A DNA stretch of 64,000 bases from Eledone cirrhosa (taxonomy: Eukaryota): NCBI GenBank assembly GCA_964016885.1, contig OZ024744.1, forward strand, positions 32,984,001-33,048,000. The letters run 5' to 3'. Position numbers and translations under genes: made by a program. The notes beneath the pieces were generated by a model, which saw only the letters and a program-made list of their open reading frames with translations, was not told the origin of the DNA and searched no databases. Positions 1 through 10,750 of the stretch are shown here, one piece after another (within the stretch, counting starts at the first letter, position 1; each line of letters opens with the position of its first letter).

Positions 1-144
1 GTGTGTGTTTATTTGTATATATATGTATATATATGTATATATATATATATATATATAGTGAAAGAGTGAAGAATAACATGGTCGGCTGTACAAAAAGCGT
101 TTTATTTATAGTATATATATATATATATATACTATAAATAAAAC

Positions 145-167
145 GCACAGACACTCCGACCTACAAC

Positions 168-198
<31 letters not shown>

Positions 199-684
199 CT
201 CTTCCTGAACATGCAACCCCGTTCTTCCCCCAACCCTTACTTTCCCATACACACACACACACACACGTACACCTATACACACACACCACCTTCAGCCCTC
301 CCCGCTCGGACACCCCGTCTCCCTCTCCCCACTCCACCCGCCACCACCCCTACACACCCACACCCTTCCACCACCTGTTTTACCCCTTTTTATTTCAGTT
401 TATTTTGATCATGCTTTTATATTTAATTTTATTTCATTCCTTGTATTTTGATCATGCTTTATTTTTATTTTTATTTTTTATTTCATTCGCACCGTTTCCT
501 TTTGCTATATGTCTCTCCACCACTCCCCTACACACCCTTTGAACTCTGTTCCCACACACTTCTCACCTGAGGAAGGGCTTATGCCCGAAACGTCGTTCCC
601 CACCACCACCCCACTCTCCAGAGCGTGAAATTAATAAACATTCGTTGTACTGCCTCTCTGTTTTGTTCCTGTTCAAATTTTTCC

Positions 685-686
<2 letters not shown>
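145..686 (+). mobile_element. Penelope-like element pseudo-LTR/3' region (second copy inverted at ~29990-30560)
   Basis: Near-identical reverse-complement copy at ~30 kb. Contains a hammerhead motif followed by AATAAA and ends in (AT)n. Confidence 0.7.
565..596 (+). ncRNA. Minimal type I hammerhead ribozyme motif
   Basis: CTGAGGA-A-GGGC-TTAT-GCCC-GAAAC-GTC. Palindromic ACGT helix III; helix I is only 2 bp. Confidence 0.65.
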
Positions 687-728
<42 letters not shown>

Positions 729-742
729 CTATAAATATATAT

Positions 743-783
743 ATTGTTATACTTTGGGAGGGTCATGATGCCAATAAGAAACG
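743..783 (-). repeat. Terminal fragment of a PLE pseudo-LTR family (also 39705-40100, 54540-54640)
   Basis: Shared ATTGTTATACTTTGGGAGGGTCATG-TGCCAATAAGAA sequence, embedded in (AT)n. Confidence 0.6.
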
Positions 784-853
<70 letters not shown>

Positions 854-948
854 TCGACCGTTATATCGCGTGACTATCTCCCCCTCCGCCTTTTGGGATT
901 CTTTCTCACGTCGTGTAGATGCGTTCTTGAGACTAGTAAAATGAGGTA

Positions 949-1036
949 TCCTCTTGATAAGTTGGCAGACCTCGCAAGGACTCTATATCTTTGATATATT
1001 GTTTTTGTTTATGCCACGAAACTACGTAGTCGAGGA
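949..1036 (+). ncRNA. Type I hammerhead ribozyme, U3-A8 core variant (array copy 1)
   Basis: TCCTC-TTGATAA-GtTGGCA...TGCCAC-GAAAC-TACGTA-GTC-GAGGA. Helix I 5 bp, helix II about 6 bp, palindromic helix III ACTACGTAGT, GUC site. Confidence 0.8.
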
Positions 1037-1536
1037 ATTTAGGAACAGTTTAGGTATGATACATTTTATTACTAATTATATCTGAATGTTTCTTCTCTCT
1101 TCATAATGTATTTTTAACTCTGATACTGGTTCAGTCTGGTTCAAACTGAATTGGTCTGTCCCAGTCATTCATTGAGCAACATCGGTGAAGTTGGCACCCT
1201 TAACTCACAGTTGGGTGCGGATGCATTCATGTATATATGTGTGTGTCCGCATGTATCTGTGTGTTTTTAAATATATTAACTCCCTCTGGTCGAGCAATCT
1301 TTGAAGTGTGGGGACAACTGGAAAGCTTCCATTACTCATACTTCTCGCCTTCTTCACTACCTCTTCTACGGCCTCGATATGAATACCCCCTCCGCCTCCG
1401 TGGTATTTTCTTCGTGGTTATAAGAGGCTTAGCTCTGTTTCTCGACCGTTATATCGCGTGACTATCTCCCCCTCCGCCTTTTGGGATTCTTTCTCACGTC
1501 GTGTAGACGCGTTCTTGAGACTAGTAAAATGAGGTA

Positions 1537-1624
1537 TCCTCTTGATAAGTTGGCAGACCTCGCAAGGACTCTATATCTTTGATATATTGTTTTTGTTTAT
1601 GCCACGAAACTACGTAGTCGAGGA
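1537..1624 (+). ncRNA. Type I hammerhead ribozyme, U3-A8 variant (array copy 2)
   Basis: Same motif at +588. Confidence 0.8.
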
Positions 1625-2124
1625 ATTTAGGAACAGTTTAGGTATGATACATTTTATTACTAATTATATCTGAATGTTTCTTCTCTCTTCATAATGTATT
1701 TTTAACTCTGATACTGGTTCAGTCTGGTTCAAACTGAATTGGTCTGTCCCAGTCATTCATTGAGCAACATCGGTGAAGTTGGCACCCTTAACTCACAGTT
1801 GGGTGCGGATGCATTCATGTATATATGTGTGTGTCCGCATGTATCTGTGTGTTTTTAAATATATTAACTCCCTCTGGTCGAGCAATCTTTGAAGTGTGGG
1901 GACAACTGGAAAGCTTCCATTACTCATACTTCTCGCCTTCTTCACTACCTCTTCTACGGCCTCGATATGAATACCCCCTCCGCCTCCGTGGTATTTTCTT
2001 CGTGGTTATAAGAGGCTTAGCTCTGTTTCTCGACCGTTATATCGCGTGACTATCTCCCCCTCCGCCTTTTGGGATTCTTTCTCACGTCGTGTAGACGCGT
2101 TCTTGAGACTAGTAAAATGAGGTA

Positions 2125-2212
2125 TCCTCTTGATAAGTTGGCAGACCTCGCAAGGACTCTATATCTTTAATATATTGTTTTTGTTTATGCCACGAAACTA
2201 CGTAGTCGAGGA
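2125..2212 (+). ncRNA. Type I hammerhead ribozyme, U3-A8 variant (array copy 3)
   Basis: Same motif at +1176. Confidence 0.8.
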
Positions 2213-2712
2213 ATTTAGGAACAGTTTAGGTATGATACATTTTATTACTAATTATATCTGAATGTTTCTTCTCTCTTCATAATGTATTTTTAACTCTGAT
2301 ACTGGTTCAGTCTGGTTCAAACTGAATTGGTCTGTCCCAGTCATTCATTGAGCAACATCGGTGAAGTTGGCACCCTTAACTCACAGTTGGGTGCGGATGC
2401 ATTCATGTATATATGTGTGTGTCCGCATGTATCTGTGTGTTTTTAAATATATTAACTCCCTCTGGTCGAGCAATCTTTGAAGTGTGGGGACAACTGGAAA
2501 GCTTCCATTACTCATACTTCTCGCCTTCTTCACTACCTCTTCTACGGCCTCGATATGAATACCCCCTCCGCCTCCGTGGTATTTTCTTCGTGGTTATAAG
2601 AGGCTTAGCTCTGTTTCTCGACCGTTATATCGCGTGACTATCTCCCCCTCCGCCTTTTGGGATTCTTTCTCACGTCGTGTAGACGCGTTCTTGAGACTAG
2701 TAAAATGAGGTA

Positions 2713-2800
2713 TCCTCTTGATAAGTTGGCAGACCTCGCAAGGACTCTATATCTTTGATATATTGTTTTTGTTTATGCCACGAAACTACGTAGTCGAGGA
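2713..2800 (+). ncRNA. Type I hammerhead ribozyme, U3-A8 variant (array copy 4)
   Basis: Same motif at +1764. Confidence 0.8.
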
Positions 2801-3014
2801 ATTTAGGAACAGTTTAGGTATGATACATTTTATTACTAATTATATCTGAATGTTTCTTCTCTCTTCATAATGTATATATATATATATATATATATATACA
2901 TGTGCGAGCTGATCGATCGTGAAATGGCGTCAGACGTGAGAAACATAATGATGCTGTATTGATACATCTTTCCTACCCCTTATCATTGGGGTGGATTGGC
3001 AGTACCGCGGGTTT

Positions 3015-3958
3015 GGCGTTTATTTTCTTAATTTCCTTAATGGTTCAATTCATAGTATTAAAACTGTAGGTGATAACAGGGATTGTTGCGTTAAGGTCTG
3101 TTTTTATGACTGAACGTACTCTCCGGTAGCATTCCTTCACGATTCACTCTTTCATGCTGGCATGGTGAATACCTTGGCCTTCATTGATCCCTAGATATAT
3201 GTAGGCTTGTTCTTCTTCTAGTTCCCTAATTACTGTATTCACATCTATTTCCATTGAGTTTGTGCTTGTCATTCTGCCTTTCTTGAATGTTGCCTTGGCG
3301 TATTTTTCCAATCCAAGCTCCACCCCCACATCATCGCTGAACACCTTAACTGTCTCCAACAGTGCTTCAAATTCTTGTTATTTTTGGCATACAGCTTCAA
3401 GTCATCCATATAAAACAGGTGATTTATTGTTTTACTGTCTATTTTGTAGCCATATTTTGCTTTGTTGAATGCTAAAGACAGCGGTGTGAGTGCAGGGCAA
3501 AATATCAGAGGAGAGAACGAATCACCTTGAAAAATACCAGTTAATACTTTTGCTGTTGGAATTTATAATTCCATCACTGTGTGGCAATGATGGGTATGTA
3601 TTCCATAAAGAAATGCATTTCAGGAAGCTTGTTATTACCTTCGGCAATTTTCAGAACATCCAAAGTTTTCAAAATCCAAATGCTTTCTTATATTCAATAC
3701 AAGCAGTACTCAGGATTTTATACATTTTATGGCGCTTTTCCCAAATCATGTGGATAATGAGAAGTTGGTCTTTGTACCTGTAAGACCCACCTAGGCAACC
3801 TTTCTGCTCAATAGGGAATAAATTATTTCCATCCATAAATTTGTAGATTGTCTCAGTCAAGATTGATGTGATAATTTTGTGTGATGTGGGAAGGCAAGGG
3901 ATAAAACGATATTTTGGAGTATTTGTTTCTGTCGACTTTGGCAAGAGTTATGTAATAC
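3015..3958 (-). pseudogene. Degenerate R4/Dong-type non-LTR RT fragment
   Basis: Broken ORFs with PIEQKGC...YRYKDQLLI, IEYKKAF, FSDDVGVELGLEKYAK and YIYLGI; homologous to 7977-9483. Confidence 0.85.
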
Positions 3959-5394
3959 CTTTCGCCAACATTTTGCTCGGTTGTTCGGGGGAAGTGGCGG
4001 ATCAGAGACGGTGGCGGACTTCAGTCCCTACCTCGATGGCTTGCCGCAGCTCTCGACGGCCGACGCTGAGCGCTCCGAAAGGCCGATTACTTCAGCCGAG
4101 ATTCAGGATGCCCTTGTCAGCTGCATGAGGCGCAAGTCACCCGGTTTGGATGGTCTGCCCTACGAGCCTTACGTAAATATGCCAAACTTGTTCTCCAATC
4201 TCCTCGAAGCGCTCTGCTGCAAATGGCAGCAAAACGGGAGTATTCCCAGTTCTGTGAGCCGGGGCGTAGTGACGCTGATGAGGAAAGACGAGAATAAGAG
4301 GGACACATTAGACAATTTCAGACCCATAACTCTGCTCAACACAGAGTTTAAAATTTTGGCCAAGGTGTTAGCGATGAGGTTGGCGCTTGCAATACGTGGT
4401 CGCCGTTTGTCATACGGGCATTTCCGAAGCTCGTCTCTTTGACTGAGCTGCAGTCCTGAGTCTAAAAGAACCGAGACTGGGTGACTGGCATCTGGAATGT
4501 TGCCAAGCACTTACTGCCCTCTACCAGATGGGCAATGTGATCAATGGAACTTCCACTCTCGAGTTCTATAGAGGATTAGTGGTGGGAAAGTGCGACGACG
4601 CACTCGGAGAGGCTCTGGGAGTCGACGAAGTCGAACTAACCAGTCTGTTCCGGAGGTCTTTCGAGCCGGGGACGATGGATAATTTCCAAAAATCCCTCGC
4701 TTGGCAGTGCTACTGGGGGGATCTGCCGGTTCGATATAAACTCTACAGGCACGGAAGTGCTGTCAGACGGACCTGCCCGAGATGCGCGCAGAGCAATGAG
4801 CCCGTTCTGCACGCACTCGTCCAGTGTCCGGGCATTACTGACTTGTGGAGTTATGTCGAACAGCTGTTGTCGCGTGTAGTAGGGATCTAGCTATCGGCCG
4901 AGTCAATAGTGAAAATCGACCCGCCGCCTTCTCTTGGCCATGAAGAGCAGGTAATTTTCCTCTGTCTGGTGGCAGTAGCGAAAGAGGTTGTATGGTGGAC
5001 GAGGTTGAAAGGACTGAAGACAGATACTTTTCTCTTAGGCCAATCCCTCATCAACTTTTTCAAGTTTCACTTGGAAAGAAAGGTGAGGGTGGAGAGAGAA
5101 GTGGTGCCCCCCAGTACATTTGCTGAAAGGTGGGTGAATGTGGCGAGAATGGCCCGTGTGAGGGGTGCCATTCCAGGGTGCTCTCGGAGCGTCGGGTCAT
5201 TCAGGATTGGTGGGGTACCTGAGCGAACCCTGGGTTGTCACCCCCCCCCCCCCTATTGGGGAAATTTCCGTGTATTTTTATTGTTACTTTGTTACTGTTA
5301 TACATATTGTTTACTCGATTTTTCTGTAAAACCCCAGTCCCAGTCTTTTGTATTGTCCCCTATATGTCGGCCCTTGTGGCCAATAAATGAAATC
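3959..5394 (+). mobile_element. 5'-truncated, internally deleted Tx1/L1-type element (subfamily 2)
   Basis: KSPGLDGLPYE, NFRPITLLNTEFKILAKV and CPRCAQSNEPVLHALVQC motifs. RT core deleted at ~4390. 3' end AATAAATGAAATC then (ATT)n. Confidence 0.9.
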
Positions 5395-5405
5395 ATTATT
5401 ATTAT

Positions 5406-5447
5406 TATTGTCCCATACATGTCGGCTCTTGTGGCCAATAAATGAAA

Positions 5448-5449
<2 letters not shown>
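5406..5449 (+). mobile_element. ~44-bp 3'-terminal Tx1 copy inside (ATT)n
   Basis: Repeats the last ~44 nt of the preceding element with a few substitutions; ATT repeats on both sides. Confidence 0.75.
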
Positions 5450-5488
<39 letters not shown>

Positions 5489-6854
5489 GTTCTTTGAGTC
5501 ACAGTCATTGATGTTAGTTAACTGGAAAGTTTGTTGAAATGAATATCAAGCCACTACCTGCAGCCTCAGATATTCAGGATGTATCGGAGGGTTCTTGCTG
5601 TTCGCAGCAAGCATGCCTTTTGAAGCGTTCCAAAAAGCGTGAAGGGGCCAATTTTTTTTAACCATCCCTGGAAACTTTTTGAGATTGTCCCTAGTGCGCC
5701 TATGACAATCGGGACCACTTTGACTTCATGGCAGTTCCAAATCCTTTTTACCTCCCACTTTAAGTCCTGGTATTGGTTAATTTTCTCCCTCTCCTTGTCT
5801 TGCACTCTCGTGTCGAATGGGCAGGCCACATCCACAACCAGGCACGATCTTTTTTCTTTGTCCACAACCATCAGGTCAGGTCTATTGTGTTCCAGTTTCT
5901 TGTCCGTCTGTATCCTAAAATCCCACAGCACCTTCACCTGATCGTTTTCTATCACCGACTCTGGCTTATGCTCATACCACTTCTCAGAATGTGGTAAATT
6001 GTTTACTTTGCATAGGTGCCAGTGAATCACCCTGCCCATCACATCATGTCTCTAGCCCTTATAGTGAGTCTGGGCTAGGTGTTTACACTCGGATACAATG
6101 TGAGCCACAGTCTCCTCTCTCTCTCCACAGATCCTGCACAGTGGGCTAGCCTCCTCCCTGTAAATATGGTGTTTCAACCACTTCGTTTTGAGGGCCTGCT
6201 CCTGCGCAGCCATTAACATTCCTTCTGTAGCCTTTTTAAGGTCTCTTCTTTTCAACCAGTTCCATGTCTGTGGATCTCTAAATTCAGTTTTCTCAAAGAA
6301 GGTACTATGAAGGGATTTTTCCTGAAGGCTGCTCTTTCTCCTGGATGTTATTTCCTCCTTGGACATCTCCTGGCCTATTGTCCCCTCCTTCAGTACAGTT
6401 CTGAGCATTGGCTCCTTACTATCAGTCACGTATTCGTGTAGGTTGTTTTTCTCCATCTGAACACAGTCCTCTATGCTGATAAGACCTCTTCCACCTTCAG
6501 ATCTCCTTAAGTAGAATCTATCGACATCACTCCTCTTGTGGAACATGTTGTAGATAGTCAATAGCTTCCTAGTCTTCCTATCCATTTCTTTTTGTTCAGC
6601 AACATTCCATCTCAGAATTCCTGCACTGTACCTAATAATAGACACAGCTCGGGAATTTACTGCACTTATGGCATTCCTACTGTTCAGATGTGACTTTAAT
6701 ACGCTCCTTACTCTCCGAATGTATTCAGTTCTTATCAATTCCTTCATTTTTTTTGTTCTTGATGTCATCAGCCTCCAGAACACCCAAATACTTGTATCCT
6801 TCTTCAGAGTCAATTTCCTTTATCATCTCACCTGTTGGTACTTGGATTCTGTTA
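5489..6854 (-). mobile_element. R4/Dong-type element, family B, 5'-truncated
   Basis: RT thumb, CRICGEREETVAHIVSEC knuckle, RHD, HNRPDL...VDVACP restriction-like endonuclease. Stop at 6052. (TAA)n at the 3' end. Confidence 0.9.
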
Positions 6855-6867
6855 CTTCTGCTCAACT

Positions 6868-7212
6868 TAACGGAATCCAGATACCAACAGGTGAGATGAT
6901 AAAGGAAATTGACTCTGAAGAAGGATACAAGTATTTGGGTGTTCTGGAGGCTGATGACATCAAGAACAAATAAATGAAGGAATTGATAAGAACTGAATAC
7001 ATTCGGAGAGTAAGGAGCGTATTAAAGTCACATCTGAACAGTAGGAATGCCATAAGTGCAGTAAATTCCCGAGCTGTGTCTATTATTAGGTACAGTGCGG
7101 GAATTCTGAGATGGAATGTTGCTGAACAAAAAGAAATGGATAGGAAGACTAGGAAGCTATTGACTATATACAACATGTTCCACAAGAGGAGTGATGTCGA
7201 TAGACTCTACTT
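6868..7212 (+). repeat. Fold-back inverted duplicate of 6510-6854 (Dong family B)
   Basis: Same peptide (MKELIRTEYIRRVRS...) on both strands; 13-nt spacer; a few mismatches between arms. Confidence 0.9.
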
Positions 7213-7213
7213 A

Positions 7214-7286
<73 letters not shown>

Positions 7287-7287
<1 letters not shown>

Positions 7288-10200
7288 AGCTGCATTTATC
7301 TTGCTTTATGTTCATACGAGTTATCATCAAGTCACAACCACTGACCTCAAGAGACAACAAGGTCCGCCATGTTCAAGAAAGAACATACATACTCACACAT
7401 GCATCTTTAGTGTTTAGACTTGTGATGTACTTATATTGACAGAATCTTCCTTAGTATATGGGCAGTTCCCATTAGTACTATCTTTTGTATTTCTCCTATA
7501 CGCGGGTTTCCTGGGATTTGCGATAAGTAATCATTAGACCCCTTAGGTATCATTCCCAGAGCGCCTACAACCACTGGTATTGTTTTAGTTCTCAATTTCC
7601 ACATTTTTCCAATTTCTATCTCCAGGTCCTTATACTTGCTCAATTTTTCAAATGTTTTTATAGATACATTCTTGTCTATTGGAACGGACATATCAATTAG
7701 CAGGCATACCCTCTTTTTAAAGTCCTTCAATATTATATCAGGTCTATTTGCATCTATTTTTCGGTCTGTTTGGATGCTAAAGTTCCACAAGATTGAGATG
7801 TGATCTTTTTCAAGTATGGGAGGTGGTTGATGCTCCCACCAATTCTTTTGATAGAGCAGGTCAAAATGCTTACACATTATCCAATGTATGTATTGTGCAG
7901 CTCTGTCATGCCTGTTTAGGTATTCGGTTGGAGCTATAGGACTGCACATTGAAATTATATGGTCAATGGTCTCTGGTTAATTTTTAAATACACGGCATAA
8001 TGGGCTGCATCCATTTTTTATTATGTTGGCTTGGTAATTTTTTATTGGCAGACACTGATCTTGTGCTGATATAATCAGTCCTTCAGTCTCCGATTTCAGT
8101 CCAGAGGATGCCAACCACTGATGGGTTAAAATTTTGTCAACATCAGGATTGTTAGCTCGTTCTTGGTATTTTCCATTCAGAGGCTTTTCTTGCCATTTCT
8201 TAGCCAGTTTCTGTAGCAGTTCTTTCTTTGCAGTTACTTTTACCTGCTTTGCTTTTTCTGTGTTTTCCATTTCAGCAGTAAATGGGACTTCTGAAATGTG
8301 TAGTCCATTACTGTATCTTTGTGCATCTTTTGTAATGGAGTATGATCTTTTGATGCTTTCGTGTTTCAAAACGAATTTGATCATCCAATCATGTGATTCC
8401 CTTAGATATGTAGATAATCCAATTGTTGCAGTTTTCAACGCAATGTCTAACTGGATTAACCCACGTCCTCCTTCTTTCCTAGGGAGATATATTCTATCTG
8501 TATCTGCCTTAGGGTGATGCATTCTGTGCATGGTTAAGAATTTTCGAATTTTTATATCGAGCCTACGGATCTCTGTGCTTGACCAGTTGATGACATTGTA
8601 ACTGTAGGTTACTACTGGTATGGCAAGCGTGTTTATGGCATCGATCCTATTCCTTGCATTCAATTCCGTTCTTAAGATTGCTCTTACTCTGCGGTAACAT
8701 TCCTTCCTTATCCTTTCCCTCATTGTCGAGTGCTTGATTCCGTCTCCTTCACAAATACCTAGATATTTGTAAGTTTTTTCTTGATCAAGTTCTCTTATCA
8801 CGTTCCCCCGATCAAGATTAATGTCTGAACTCTTCAGCAGCTTTCCTCTGGTGAACGTTGCTTTGGCGCATTTATCTAGTCCAAACTCCATTTTAATGTC
8901 ATCACTAAACTGCTTCACAATGGATAATAGCCCTTGCAATTGTTCATCATTTTTTGCAAATAGTTTCAGGTCTTCCCTGTAGAACAAGTGATTAATGGTT
9001 TTGTCATAGACTTTATATCAATGTTTTGTTTCATTGAGCATTTTACTTAATGGTATAAGTGCGAGGCAGAATAAAAGCGGTGATAAAGAGTCACCCTGAA
9101 AAATTCCACAATTAATATTAACTTCTCCAGTTTCCAGTGATTTTGTTTCACTATTCAAAGGAGTGTCGTTTTCCATGCCTTCATACTAATGACAAAATCT
9201 CCTGACAACTGGGGATATTTTGAAAATCTCTAAACATTTTTTCAATCCAACTGTGTGGCAAACTATCGAATGCTTTTTTATAATCTATCCAAGCAATTGA
9301 TAGATTTTTGTGTCTATTATGACAATCTTCCAGTATCATTTTGTTAACCAAAAGCTGATCCTTACAGCCATATGAGCCTCGTTTACACCCTTTCTGCTCA
9401 ATGGGAAATAGGTCATTTGTTATCTGGTGGTCATATGTGTATTCAGTTAGGACTGATGTTAACATTTTATATATTGTGGTCAAGCAAGTTATCGGTCTGT
9501 AATTTTTGGGATTGTTTGTCTCATCATTCTTCGGAAGCAGGAATGTAATGCCGTTAACTAGCCATGATGGTATCTTTTCTGGCTCCTTAACTATTTCATT
9601 GTAAAGTTGGCCTAACAGCTCATGAGACTCTGTGAAGGCATTTATCCAAAAATTTTGTATTTTGTCTTTTCCTGGGGATTTCTATTTGCTGGTTTTTCTT
9701 AGAGCCAAGCGCAACTGTTCAACTGTTATATTTTCCCATATTTGTTCCTCAAGGTGAGCTGTATCTTTCATTTGTCTGTCTATCCATGGGGCATGTATGT
9801 TATGAACTTTTTCTTCGGCCCAGATCTTTTCCTAGAATTCTTGCACTTCCTCCTTGGGTGGTATTGATTTAGCAGTTATTGTTGACTCACCAATTTTTCT
9901 GTAGAAGTTTCTTTAGTTGTTTTTGAACATATTATTGTCCTTATAGAATCTAGATCGTTTTTCAAAGCGCCTTATACGAGCAGCTTTGGCCGACACTTTT
10001 TGCTTGATTATTTCTATCAGCATGTCTATGTCACTTGTTGATTTTATACTGTACTTTCTTTTCAATGTTCTAAGTTTAGTTTGTTTAACATGTTCACCTA
10101 CTTTATAGTTTGTTAAAATTTCTATTTCAGATCGGAGAAGGTTTATTTGGCGATTGATGTTCTCTTGCCAAGTAGATTTCTTGTGGGAATTCCTTTGCTT

Positions 10201-10500
10201 TTTCATCTTTACTCCACATAAGTGAGTGGTGACTTTAGCCGATGCATAATAGAGATGATTTAAATCAGTAATGTTTAGTTTGTTTGTGATGATAATGTTT
10301 TTGAGAATTATGTTAGTCTTGTGTATTATCTTTTGGTTCGATTTGGAGTTCTGGATCTTAGGGAGGGTGTCTCGTTGTCCCATGTCAGATTCTTTCATTT
10401 TCATCCATTCGATCATAATTTCATCCTTCAAGTTGGCAAGTTCATTCTCATTCATTTCTTTATCATTTACGATCTCATTATTTTCATTTGGAGGTTCATC
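7287..10500 (-). mobile_element. R4/Dong-type element, family A, ~3.2 kb, 5'-truncated, multiple frameshifts
   Basis: YRPITCL, EQKGC, WIDYKKAFDS, GIFQGDSLSPL, YKYLG, CRVF..ETIDH, ANRPDII...LIDMSVP. (TAA)n on both sides. Confidence 0.92.

Positions 10501-10535
<35 letters not shown>
10475..10535. repeat. 61-bp direct repeat (left copy; right copy 16554-16614), candidate target-site duplication
   Basis: TCATTATTTTCATTTGGAGGTTCATC plus 35 nt of (TTA)n, identical at both positions. Confidence 0.85.
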
Positions 10536-10750
10536 GAATGCTATGGTTGACGGAGGCTCGGCTCTGTAAGGTACTGTAAATTTTGAACGCTATAACAATT
10601 GTAAATTGTTTAAAACTTAGACCAACTTGTAGACAAAAACACCCTCCTCCTCGTGAGAGGGGTCTTTCTGTCCGTTATTTGGCCCTTCGGGGTTAAATAA
10701 CCAGTTATTGGGGTTTTGTACCCAAAATTTCATTTTAAACAAAAAACAAC

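Larger units (their letters stand above)
851..2875 (+). repeat. 588-bp tandem array (~3.4 units), one hammerhead per unit; retrozyme-like or tandem pseudo-LTR
   Basis: Identical short ORFs at 1237/1825/2413 give a period of 588. Units differ at very few positions. (AT)n on both flanks. Confidence 0.95.

Noticed and set aside
1237-2637. Three identical 74-aa ORFs
   Set aside because: By-product of the 588-bp repeat; no recognisable motif.
851-2875. CRISPR-like array
   Set aside because: Whole 588-bp units repeat, with no unique spacers and no cas genes; eukaryotic context.
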